A stretch of DNA of 64,000 nucleotides from Gammaproteobacteria bacterium (GTDB taxonomy: Bacteria; Pseudomonadota; Gammaproteobacteria; SZUA-140), in the NCBI GenBank assembly GCA_015488555.1, contig WFNO01000122.1, forward strand, positions 12,300-76,299, written 5' to 3'. Below the pieces are notes generated by a model. That model had not been told where the DNA came from and did not search any database. It saw only the letters and a program-made list of their open reading frames with translations. Each line of letters begins with the position of its first letter. Position 1 is the first letter of the stretch. A program made the translations under genes and the position numbers. Shown piece after piece: positions 19,882-28,715 of the stretch.

Positions 19882-21647
19882 ACCGCCGTCGTTTCGGCCG
19901 GTACGGCCTGCGGCCCGATCTCCGGTGTCTTCTCTCCCTGACCCTGCTGGCCCTCGCCGCCCTGGTCCAGGATCCCACTCGGGAACTGGCGGCGGCCACC
20001 CTCACGGCCGAGGTGGACCGCCGCCAGCTCTACGTCCACGAGCCCCTGCTGTTCACGCTGAGGCTCACCGACAGCGACACGCGCCTGCGGGCCGAAGGGC
20101 TGGACCCCAACGTGGATCTGAGCCGGCTCACCCGCGACTTCGAGCTGGGCGTGCCCCGCAGCAGCCACCGTTACAACATCCATCGCAACCGCGGCCGTTC
20201 CACCTCGGAACTCCAGGTGCTGTTGTTTCCCAAGCGCGAAGGGGAGCTGGAGATTCCCGCCTTCACCGTGGAGGGATTGCACACGGCCCCCATTCCCATC
20301 CGGGTACTGCCCGCTCCCCCAGATCCCGCTCCCGAGGTCTTCGCCCGCAGCGGCGCCACCAAACGTACAGTATGGGTGGGGGAGCGGACCGTGGCCTACC
20401 TGGATCTCTATTACCGGGTGGCGCTGCGCAATGCCCGTCTGGGCGGATCTCTGGACACGGAACCCAAACGCCTGCGCCTGCGCCCGCTGCCGGACGAGGA
20501 ACGCCGCGAGACCCATGCCGGCTTGGAATACCGGGTCACGCGCACGGCCTGGAGCATCACCCCGGTGACCGCGCAACCCATCACCCTCCTGTTCCCGGAC
20601 GTGTGGGTGGAAACGGAAGCCGGGAAAAAGATCCGCCTGCCGTTCACGGACGACCGCCTCGAGGTGCGGCCGCTGCCCCCCGGCATTCCGCCGGACTTGC
20701 TGGTGGGACGCCCGCGCCTGAGCCAGGCCCTCTCCTCCGGCACCGCCACGGTCCACACCCCTCTGACATGGACCATCACCCTGGAAGCGGCGGTGGATCT
20801 GCTGGCCCTGCCCGAAAGCCTGGCGCTGGCCGAGACCCCGGGGATCAAACTCTACAGCAACCGCCCACAGCGACAATGGCGCCCTTCTCCCGACCCGGAA
20901 ACCGGCACGCCCCTGGCCACCGCTCGCTATGACATCACCGTCATTCCCCTGCGCGCAGGCGAGCTGGCCCTGCCAGCTCCCGTCATCCCCTACTTCGACC
21001 CCCAGACCCGGCGCCTGGAACGGGCTACCCTGCCTCCCCTCACGCTAACCGTGGCCGCCCCCTCCACACCCGCCGTGCCGCCAGACGCCGTGGAGGAGGA
21101 AAGGACACCGGATAACCTGGCCCAAGATCGAGACGGGAAAGGAACGGAAGAACGGGGCGGAGACACAACGGAAGACCGGAGAGACGAACTGTGGGCTGGA
21201 TTGGCAGCGCTCTTCGCACTGCTGTGGTTGGCCACCCTGTGGCTGTGGTGGCGGGCGCGCCGACAGCGCCCATCCCATGGAGCCGGCGACCCGACGCCCC
21301 CCTGGAACACCGACCCCCACCCCGCGGGCGATGGATCACCCTATGCGCGGCGCCTGTGCGTCGCCCTCGGTTCCTCCACCCTGGAAACCGGGCTGCAGCG
21401 CTGGGAGGCCCGTCACGGTCCCGATCCCGCTCTACGACGGCTGGTCGCCCAGGTCCAGTCCTTCCATTACGGCCCTCGCAAGGAGGAGATGGATGCAACC
21501 GCCATCGAGGCCGGCTTGCAGGATCTGGAACGCCGGATCCAAAACCGCACGGAAAAAGAGACGAGACATCCTGCCAGCGAAGAAGCGGCATCCGATCCCT
21601 GGCGGCCGGATCATTTCGGCCGCCGAGCATCTCCCCCTAGGGACTGA
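19875..21647 (+). CDS. BatD-like oxygen-tolerance family protein
   Basis: ATG at 19875 overlaps the previous stop (ATGGTGA). Signal peptide, a large periplasmic beta-rich domain, and a C-terminal TM (LWAGLAALFALLWLATLWLWW). Confidence 0.65.
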   Translation: MVNRRRFGRYGLRPDLRCLLSLTLLALAALVQDPTRELAAATLTAEVDRRQLYVHEPLLFTLRLTDSDTRLRAEGLDPNVDLSRLTRDFELGVPRSSHRYNIHRNRGRSTSELQVLLFPKREGELEIPAFTVEGLHTAPIPIRVLPAPPDPAPEVFARSGATKRTVWVGERTVAYLDLYYRVALRNARLGGSLDTEPKRLRLRPLPDEERRETHAGLEYRVTRTAWSITPVTAQPITLLFPDVWVETEAGKKIRLPFTDDRLEVRPLPPGIPPDLLVGRPRLSQALSSGTATVHTPLTWTITLEAAVDLLALPESLALAETPGIKLYSNRPQRQWRPSPDPETGTPLATARYDITVIPLRAGELALPAPVIPYFDPQTRRLERATLPPLTLTVAAPSTPAVPPDAVEEERTPDNLAQDRDGKGTEERGGDTTEDRRDELWAGLAALFALLWLATLWLWWRARRQRPSHGAGDPTPPWNTDPHPAGDGSPYARRLCVALGSSTLETGLQRWEARHGPDPALRRLVAQVQSFHYGPRKEEMDATAIEAGLQDLERRIQNRTEKETRHPASEEAASDPWRPDHFGRRASPPRD

Positions 21648-21693
21648 GGAAAGGCCACCTCAGCAGGTATTCACGCGAAAACGGCAAAGCGGT

Positions 21694-22437
21694 TCAGCCG
21701 TCCAAATCTTCGTCACGGGCCTTTTTCCCCCGGCCGGAAGAGGAAGACGAAGAGGGCGGACGGTCTGCCTGCCTTGGATTGGGCCTGGGATTGGCCGTTG
21801 ACAGGGGTTTATCCACGAAACCGTGTTCCACGGCATAGCAGATGAGTTCAGCAAAGTTTTTCATGCCCATCTTCTCGAGAATGCGGTTGCGATGGGTGCT
21901 GATGGTCTTCTCGCTCAAGGACAGGCGCTTGCTGATCTCGGCGTTGCGCAGTCCGGAAGCCAACAAGCAAAAGATCTGAAATTCCCGGTCGCTGAGTCGC
22001 TCGTGCGGGGCCAGTTCCTCTTCCTCCTGGAAACTGCGCGCCAGTTTTTGAGCCACGGAGAGGGTGATATATTTCTCACCGCGCCCCACCTGTTGCAAGG
22101 CCTGCAGCAATTCTTCGGTCTTGCACCCCTTGGTAAGATAGCCTGCGGCGCCTGCCTTCAAGGCGCGCAGGGCATACTGGTCCTCGCTGTGCATGCTCAG
22201 CACCAGCACCGCCACCTCAGGCCAACGGCGCTTGATCTCCTGCAACACTTCCAGACCGTTCATGCCAGGCAAGGTGAGATCCAATAACACCACGTCCCAG
22301 TGGTTCCGTTCCAGACTGCGCAGGACTTCGGGACCGCTGGCGGCTTCACCCACAACCTCGAATGTGGAATAATCGGTGAGGATTTGGCGCAGACCGGTAC
22401 GCACGATGGCATGATCGTCTGCAATGAGAATATTCAT
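21694..22437 (-). CDS. NarL/FixJ (LuxR)-family response regulator
   Basis: Receiver domain (MNILIADDH...LDLTLPGMNG), LuxR HTH (EISKRLSLSEKTISTHRNRILEKM), and an unusual Pro/Ser-rich C-terminal tail. Confidence 0.88.
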   Translation of the reverse strand: MNILIADDHAIVRTGLRQILTDYSTFEVVGEAASGPEVLRSLERNHWDVVLLDLTLPGMNGLEVLQEIKRRWPEVAVLVLSMHSEDQYALRALKAGAAGYLTKGCKTEELLQALQQVGRGEKYITLSVAQKLARSFQEEEELAPHERLSDREFQIFCLLASGLRNAEISKRLSLSEKTISTHRNRILEKMGMKNFAELICYAVEHGFVDKPLSTANPRPNPRQADRPPSSSSSSGRGKKARDEDLDG

Positions 22438-22662
22438 CGGCGCACCGACCTCGCACTCTTTCCGTAGTTGGACAATCTCCCTTTCCCTTGCGGAACGTCG
22501 CCAGCAGGATGCGGGGAATCACAAGGGAATTGAGCAGTGTAGCCTAGCTTTCCGGAAAGAGATATCGGATTTTGGCCAATAGTTGTAGGCGAAATCCTAC
22601 TTTATATTCTGCTGCCACCGCCCTTTCTCGTTCCTGGCCTCACCTCCTTTCTCGGGCTTCCG

Positions 22663-23370
22663 TCAGGGTCGAGGTGAGACTTTTCCGTTTGGTGTCGCCT
22701 CGACCGCAGCCCTGAGTAGCAGAAAATCCAGCACCGCCATCATCTCACCCACATTGCGCACCATGCCAGGATCCACGCGATAGCGCCCCTCTACAATGAT
22801 GGTGGGCGCCCCTCGGATCCCGTAGCGTCGACTCATGATGCGGGCTTGGCGCACTTTGCGGGCGGTGAACGAACTGCGCATAGCGGTACGAAAGGCTTGG
22901 GGATCAACGCCCTGTTCAATGAGAAAATCGGCCAGGGCTTGCTCGTCGTCCAGGCGCCGATGTTGGCGGTGAATGGCGGTATAGAGGTCGTCGTGTATGT
23001 CATCCAGCACTCCCAGGGCCTGAGCTGCATAGAAAACCTGGGCAAAGAAAGTCATATCCTCGTTGGTGATAGCAGGCATACGCCGGTAATGGATGACTGC
23101 CTGATTGCGCTCCCGCCATCGCCGCAGTTGAGGCTGGATGGCCAAACAGGTGCGGCATCCGAACCAGAGCAATTCCACCACTTCCACGCGTTCTCCTCCG
23201 CGAGTGGGCTGAGGAGGGGTCACCAGCTGATAGTGCACCCCAGCCATAAAGCCACTTTGGGATCCACTGCGAAGATCGCCGGTCGCAGCGGCGCCCGTCT
23301 GCGACCACAGCAAGAGGAAGAAAGTCAGGAGCAGGAGGTTTCCGCCGGACGGGGTCAAACTTCCTTGCAT
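22663..23370 (-). CDS. DsbA-family periplasmic thiol:disulfide oxidoreductase (atypical CRTC active site)
   Basis: Signal peptide. WFGCRTC CxxC in a DsbA-like frame, ending ...YGIRGAPTIIVEGRYRV. GGAGG RBS. Confidence 0.7.
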   Translation of the reverse strand: MQGSLTPSGGNLLLLTFFLLLWSQTGAAATGDLRSGSQSGFMAGVHYQLVTPPQPTRGGERVEVVELLWFGCRTCLAIQPQLRRWRERNQAVIHYRRMPAITNEDMTFFAQVFYAAQALGVLDDIHDDLYTAIHRQHRRLDDEQALADFLIEQGVDPQAFRTAMRSSFTARKVRQARIMSRRYGIRGAPTIIVEGRYRVDPGMVRNVGEMMAVLDFLLLRAAVEATPNGKVSPRP

Positions 23371-23417
23371 GCCCCCCCTCCCCTGTCTCGTACCGTCACC
23401 ACAGCGGCCGGGGCAGT

Positions 23418-24131
23418 CTAGTGCAGTGATTGAACAGGCAGTTCCCGCTGGTCGGCAGCCGGAGCATCACGTGAGGGACTGTTACGCTCTTCCCAACGCT
23501 GTCCCTGTTCCGCCAGCCATTGTGCCTCTTCCGGTGGCCGCGGACCACGTTGTAGGCGATCCTCCCATTCCCATAGCGCGGCTCGAGCCCGCCGCACGTA
23601 GGGATCCCCGGGTGGTGCCAGATGGATGTAGGTGCGCATGGCCCCCAAGGCAGCCGGCAGATCGCCCTGGGCCTCGAACACCTCTGCCAGCCCCCAATAG
23701 GCATTACCCTTGTAAGGATCCAACTCGATGGCGTTGCGAAAAAAGGCTTCCGCCTCCTGGTAGCGCTGCAGGCCAAGCAATGCAAAGCCCATGTTGACAT
23801 GCGCATCGGTGAGCCGGGGCGAGAGGGCCAACACGCGGTGCAATGCAGTGGCGGCATATTCATAACGACCCGCGTGCAACATCATTACTGCCTGCTGAAA
23901 ACGCAGACGAATCTCGGCCATGCGCGGATCTTGGATCTCGTCGGCATCCATACCGCCTTCCAGCCTGCTCTCGGCGTTGACCTCCTGCCAGAGACCTTCG
24001 GGCATACGGCTGGACCACAAGGGGCTGTAATCCAACTTCATAGCCCCCGCAAGCATGCCAGTAGCCACGAGCATGACGGTCACCATGACCAAAGACAGGG
24101 CCGCCACGGTACGCTCGGGTAGCGCACTCAT
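23418..24131 (-). CDS. membrane-anchored TPR-repeat protein
   Basis: N-terminal TM, then TPR-like helices (AIELDPYKGNAYWGLAEVFEAQGDLPAAL). Its ATG overlaps the ccsA-like stop (ATGA). Confidence 0.7.
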   Translation of the reverse strand: MSALPERTVAALSLVMVTVMLVATGMLAGAMKLDYSPLWSSRMPEGLWQEVNAESRLEGGMDADEIQDPRMAEIRLRFQQAVMMLHAGRYEYAATALHRVLALSPRLTDAHVNMGFALLGLQRYQEAEAFFRNAIELDPYKGNAYWGLAEVFEAQGDLPAALGAMRTYIHLAPPGDPYVRRARAALWEWEDRLQRGPRPPEEAQWLAEQGQRWEERNSPSRDAPAADQRELPVQSLH

Positions 24132-25000
24132 CAGATCACCCCCTTGTGGGCTGCCTCACTGTAGAAAGGCGTGCCGAAATAAGTCAAAAAAGCAAAGACG
24201 AAGATGCCGATAATGGCCAACGCTCCCACGTGTATTGGAATGCGATAGCTGAGGCGGGCATGCAAGGCCGCCCCCAGGAACAACCAGTTGAGAAAGGATG
24301 AGGTCTCCAGTGCATCCCAGGCCCAGTAGCGGCCCCAGGCGTCCTGAGCCCATACGGCACCCGCGATGAGCATCAAACTGTCGAAGATAAGCGCCAACAA
24401 CATGAAACGCCAAGCCATATGGTCCAGCACCTTGTCCGGTGGCAAGTGACGGAAGAAAGGCGCCACCCTGGGAATACGCCTCAAGAGAATGACACCGGCC
24501 AACCCCGAGCCTATCAGGCAAAAGGCCAGAAAGAATTTGCCGAACCCCACGTGCGCCCAAAGCCATTCGTTGTAGTAGGTAGGGGGATAGTGACTGTCCG
24601 AAGGCTCCAAGAGTAACACCCAGGTGCCCAGCACCCAGAGCATGGGCAACACCACCACCGCCGTAGGACGCAGCACCGGCAGACGCCAGTAGGCGACAGC
24701 ATATATCAATCCCAGGCTGAACAACTGACTGATAAGCAATTCGAAGAGGTTGACGAAGGGTCCATGACCGAGGCGTAACCAGCGCTCTGCCAGGGACGCA
24801 GTAAGCAAGATCACCCCACCGGTAAGTAGGGCCAGGACCAAGGACTCGTGGCTGCGGTTCACGGCTGCCCCAGCATCCCCCCCGCGGGTGCGAACGAGGC
24901 CGTAGAAAGCAGACAAGGTCGCCAGTGCATAGGCCACCAGTCCCGTATAGAGCCAGGGAAGTTCAGTAAAAACCGTTGCTTCGCTCATTTCGTTCATCAT
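24131..25000 (-). CDS. System II cytochrome c biogenesis protein CcsA/ResC-like (haem-handling W-rich membrane protein)
   Basis: WAQDAWGRYWAWDALE tryptophan-rich motif, flanking His residues, multi-TM. The ORF's N-terminal extension is rejected. ATG at 25000 overlaps the ResB-like stop. Confidence 0.85.
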   Translation of the reverse strand: MMNEMSEATVFTELPWLYTGLVAYALATLSAFYGLVRTRGGDAGAAVNRSHESLVLALLTGGVILLTASLAERWLRLGHGPFVNLFELLISQLFSLGLIYAVAYWRLPVLRPTAVVVLPMLWVLGTWVLLLEPSDSHYPPTYYNEWLWAHVGFGKFFLAFCLIGSGLAGVILLRRIPRVAPFFRHLPPDKVLDHMAWRFMLLALIFDSLMLIAGAVWAQDAWGRYWAWDALETSSFLNWLFLGAALHARLSYRIPIHVGALAIIGIFVFAFLTYFGTPFYSEAAHKGVI

Positions 25001-26034
25001 AGCTTGCCTCCGCCCCATGGTGCCGTTTCCAGTTCCGGTTCCGCGCCCTTGCGTGAGACTTCCCCGGCCTGGGGCCAGGGATGAGTGGCAAACTTGTTCC
25101 AGAAATAGGCCGCCAAACCCAGCACCCCAATGACGGCCGTGAGGAACAGCCACTGGAGAGTGGGGTCGTAGAACAGTTTGTACCCCATCCAACTGCTCAA
25201 GCCCTCGTAACGCAGCACGCCACCTGGTAGAGCCGTTGCCTGCCCCGGTAGCAATTCCTCTCGCTGTTCTCCACTGCGTAACACCAATATTCCGTGTGCC
25301 TTGCTTGGATCCAGGGTCCAAGCTTGATCCGCCTTGAGACCGGTCTCCAATTGCAACCAGAACTTGACCTCCTCCCCACCGGGAGGAGTCCACCGATTGG
25401 CCTGGCGAAAGTCGAACAGGGGATAGGAAGGCATGTGGATGGTGCCGGTCACCGGCTCTCCAGTTTCCGGGATCCAGGTAAGCACCGCAGCAAAACCTTT
25501 ATTGAATGTGGTATAAAAACGATAGCCCTCCAGTACTAGAGGTGTGTCGTCCCCCACCACGCGTCGTTCCCATCCACCCTGACCGTCAGGCACCAGCACG
25601 TGACTACGGGTGGGTCCGCGCATCATGCCTGGTCCATAATCCACCGTGAAAGGCCCCTGCACGAAGACCACCTTCTCCAACTCGCCACGATGCCAGGGGC
25701 CTTTGCGCACGTTCATGAGTTCGGCCGGATCGAAAGTACTGCCTTCCACCATCTCGATATGCGCCTCCATGTGGGTGAGGCGACCAATGGCAGCCAATAT
25801 CACAATTCCCAACAAGGAAAGATGAAAGATCAAGAGTCCAGGACGGCGGTTGATCCGGGCATTGCTCATCACCGCCGCCAGCAGATTGACGGCCAGCAAG
25901 GCCATGGGAGCCACCAACGCCCAGACGGGGGTATCCACGGGATTGTCGTAGCTGAGGGCGGCCCCCACGGCCAGCAGGGCCATGCCCAGCAAGGTGAAAC
26001 GGGTGGAGGAAAGGCGCCTCAACAAAGCGGTCAT
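24997..26034 (-). CDS. ResB/CcsB-like cytochrome c biogenesis protein (short form)
   Basis: ResB-like N-terminus (LRRLSSTRFTLLGMALLAVGAALS), TM His (LIFHLSLLGIVIL), a periplasmic domain and a C-terminal TM. Lies immediately upstream of the ccsA-like gene. Confidence 0.7.
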   Translation of the reverse strand: MTALLRRLSSTRFTLLGMALLAVGAALSYDNPVDTPVWALVAPMALLAVNLLAAVMSNARINRRPGLLIFHLSLLGIVILAAIGRLTHMEAHIEMVEGSTFDPAELMNVRKGPWHRGELEKVVFVQGPFTVDYGPGMMRGPTRSHVLVPDGQGGWERRVVGDDTPLVLEGYRFYTTFNKGFAAVLTWIPETGEPVTGTIHMPSYPLFDFRQANRWTPPGGEEVKFWLQLETGLKADQAWTLDPSKAHGILVLRSGEQREELLPGQATALPGGVLRYEGLSSWMGYKLFYDPTLQWLFLTAVIGVLGLAAYFWNKFATHPWPQAGEVSRKGAEPELETAPWGGGKL

Positions 26035-28715
26035 GGTGGATTCACACAGGCTTCGGAACTACCCAACATCCAGGTGGCACCATTGAAACCATTGCCGGGT
26101 GCCCCAGCCGAACCGCAATTGGCCTGGGTCCATTCCCCGCTGCGGGCGAACTTGCGCACCTTGAGCACAGCACCGTTGTAATACGGACCATTGTAATAAC
26201 GCGCAGTGGTGTGATTGCGCACTTGCCGGCTGCTGGCATCCCCTGCTCCGGCTGGTTCACCAGCGAGCAGCGGCGCTTCCAACCCCACGTCGTTGAGATT
26301 GGCCAGGAACACTTTGTTCTTCCACCCATGGGGAATGGCGATGTGACAGAAGGTACAGCTGAAATCAGTCACCCTGCCGGCATGCCCCACGTGCAGATTG
26401 ATGTTCCTAAAATCAAGGCAGCCGACATTCACTCCAATGTTGGTGCTGAACCCGCTACTCAGCACAGAGGCATCAGGAAACGAGGCATCACCACGGCCAT
26501 ATTGATCGTATTCGTGGCATTTGAAACAGAGATGATTGAACGGTCCCGGGGGACGCGCCTCACCAGTCTTGTCGTCCCAGTCGCCCTTGAGCAAGAAGTT
26601 GTGGTCAGAACCGTGTGGCCCCCAGGGGTAACCGTTCTCGTCATTGGGCACCACTGTCTCCGGCGCGGTGGATGAGCCGTGACAGTCGGTACAATACATG
26701 GTCTGAGTACCCACCGCGACATTGAAGGGCGAAAGCCAGTCATCGGCATTCGCCTTGCGCACCTGGGGCGTGCGCCCGGTGGGTTTGACCACTGGATGCC
26801 AGGAGCGGTGATTGTCCGTCACCCAGTTCACACAATTGCCGTCCTTGTCCCGATAGGCCGGTACCGTACCGCCCGTCTCCACCGTGGAATCCGGCTCATT
26901 GGGATCGATGAGCATGGTACATTCGCCCACGCTGCCAGCGAAAGCTCCCGTCGGCGTAACAGGCGTGCCTTCTCCCATGTGGTCGTCGGGCGACTGGAAT
27001 TCCATGGCCTGGTTGGTGTACTGGAAGAGGGCGTTGGTACCTGGCGGCGTACCACCCACAAAGGAACCCAGCATGGGCGGTTGATCATAGGTGTAGTTGG
27101 AATGGCACTTGAAACAGAGTTGGTACTCGCGGGTGAGATAGGGTGCGCTGACATCGGTGCTGCCGCCCGTACCGGGATCGCCGCGTTTCACCTCGAAAGT
27201 CACCGGCTCGCTGCCGAATTCGGTGGAACCGTAGACAGGCTCCACGCCCCAGATGCCCCGCAATACCCCGGAAGCCAGATTGGTATGCGGCACGCCATCT
27301 TCGTGCAGATGGGTACCGGCGGGATCGGGCACGGTACTGTCCGCGTTGAACAGGCGGTTACGCGTCACCCGATGGGGATTGTGGCAATCGGTGCACTCGA
27401 CATGGCGATTGTTGAGATTGCCCTTACCCAAGTTCTCCGGCGCCTCGATGAAATCCTGCCCCCGCCGGTCTCCTTGGGTTGCCGTGCTGCCCGTACCGAT
27501 GCTGTGCACCTCGGTACCTGCGGGCTGATCCGAGCTGGCGATTGGCATTCGCCGCGCCATGGTGGTGAAATCGGTCTTAATGTCCGGCACCTCGAAAGAG
27601 AAATTAGTACTGGGATTGACCTGCCCCTGCAGTGTGTTGCCGTCGGCGGAATGGCAGGCATAACATACTTCTTCCACCGCTGGATTGCCGCCCTGTTTAT
27701 AGCGGGCGCCGTCCGCCGTGGTGAACACGGGGCCATCGGTACCCTCTCTGAGTAAGCGCCTTGCTCCCTGAACTGTGTGGGGATCGTGGCAGTTGAGACA
27801 AGCAGCCTGCCAAACGCGCAGATCACGGGGAAATTCGCGGAGATCGGCAGCGGCATCCGTATAACGTTCGTCGGCCACGGCGGGATGGGCGTGCGCCGAC
27901 CCCACCCAGCCGTCTTTATCGTGACAGGCCAGACAAATGATGTCGTTGTCACGATCGAAACGCCCATCCACCGGCTCTTGTTTCTGGAAGCGGTTGACGC
28001 GCAGGAACTTGATGTTCTCTCCGGGCACATCGGAACGCAGGTGCGGATCATGACATGTGATACATTCCACCTTGCCATCCTCCAAAGGCAGATAATCTCC
28101 CTGCGGAGCGGCCGGCGGGCTGCCACGGGTGCGCTCGTTGATGTGGGCCACCACTGCCGGATCGAACAATTCTCCATCCCGAGCCGCCTGACTGCTGTCA
28201 TAGGTAAAAGAAATAGGATGGTCGTTGCTCAGATCCACTCCCAGGCGACGCGTAAAGCCAGTGGTTTCCCCCAACCCTTCGGGAATGGTGCCATCGGCCT
28301 TGGTGCCGGTGAAGGGAATGTTGGGATTCTCGATACGATTGAGCACGTTGACCGCGCCCAGGGCAATGGTGCCGTCATGACAGGACAGGCACAGTTTGGA
28401 TTTTCCGCCTGGCTGCCCCAGATCCGTGGCATCCAGCGATGTAGAACTGAAGGGAATATAGGTGGCGGAAGACAGCTGGCGGTTCCACAGGGGTGCCGCC
28501 TGTTCCGGTGTGGCACCGTGGGGAGTGTGGCAAAAGGCACAGATCTGGGATTCACTGCTGGCGTGGGCCTGGCGTTCAACCCCTTGAGGAACGACGGTGG
28601 CGGAGAAATTGTGCTTGGTATTGCTGATGTCGGAGATGATGTCCGCCCAGACCACCCCAGGCCACGGCAACAACATCCACACTAAGCCCACCGCCAACAC
28701 CCACGGACGCTTCAT
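26031..28715 (-). CDS. secreted undecahaem c-type cytochrome (~895 aa) with an N-terminal doubled-CXXCH module
   Basis: Eleven CxxCH motifs counted (CAFCH, CLSCH, CITCH, CLACH, CLNCH, CYACH, CTDCH, CFKCH, CTDCH, CFKCH, CTFCH). Signal peptide MKRPWVLAVGLVWMLLPWPGVVWA. The N-terminus NTKHNFS...CAFCHTPHG...PLWN...CLSCHDGT is paralogous to the start of 37730..38566. Confidence 0.88.
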   Translation of the reverse strand: MKRPWVLAVGLVWMLLPWPGVVWADIISDISNTKHNFSATVVPQGVERQAHASSESQICAFCHTPHGATPEQAAPLWNRQLSSATYIPFSSTSLDATDLGQPGGKSKLCLSCHDGTIALGAVNVLNRIENPNIPFTGTKADGTIPEGLGETTGFTRRLGVDLSNDHPISFTYDSSQAARDGELFDPAVVAHINERTRGSPPAAPQGDYLPLEDGKVECITCHDPHLRSDVPGENIKFLRVNRFQKQEPVDGRFDRDNDIICLACHDKDGWVGSAHAHPAVADERYTDAAADLREFPRDLRVWQAACLNCHDPHTVQGARRLLREGTDGPVFTTADGARYKQGGNPAVEEVCYACHSADGNTLQGQVNPSTNFSFEVPDIKTDFTTMARRMPIASSDQPAGTEVHSIGTGSTATQGDRRGQDFIEAPENLGKGNLNNRHVECTDCHNPHRVTRNRLFNADSTVPDPAGTHLHEDGVPHTNLASGVLRGIWGVEPVYGSTEFGSEPVTFEVKRGDPGTGGSTDVSAPYLTREYQLCFKCHSNYTYDQPPMLGSFVGGTPPGTNALFQYTNQAMEFQSPDDHMGEGTPVTPTGAFAGSVGECTMLIDPNEPDSTVETGGTVPAYRDKDGNCVNWVTDNHRSWHPVVKPTGRTPQVRKANADDWLSPFNVAVGTQTMYCTDCHGSSTAPETVVPNDENGYPWGPHGSDHNFLLKGDWDDKTGEARPPGPFNHLCFKCHEYDQYGRGDASFPDASVLSSGFSTNIGVNVGCLDFRNINLHVGHAGRVTDFSCTFCHIAIPHGWKNKVFLANLNDVGLEAPLLAGEPAGAGDASSRQVRNHTTARYYNGPYYNGAVLKVRKFARSGEWTQANCGSAGAPGNGFNGATWMLGSSEACVNPP

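Noticed and set aside
19445-20932. 495-aa plus-strand ORF overlapping BatB and BatD in another frame.
   Set aside because: Arg/Pro/Gly-rich nonsense translation. The in-frame Bat proteins have recognisable VWA/TPR/BatD features.
25000-25393. 131-codon N-terminal extension of the CcsA-like ORF.
   Set aside because: The extension overlaps the ResB-like gene and has no hydrophobic or conserved features. The ATG at 25000 gives a canonical CcsA N-terminus and an ATGA overlap with the upstream stop.
26031-28715. Search for non-canonical haem-binding motifs (CX15CH, CX3-4CH, CXXCK) that would explain the private CcsBA system.
   Set aside because: Only canonical CXXCH found by eye. Extra cysteines exist but not in a recognisable haem motif.
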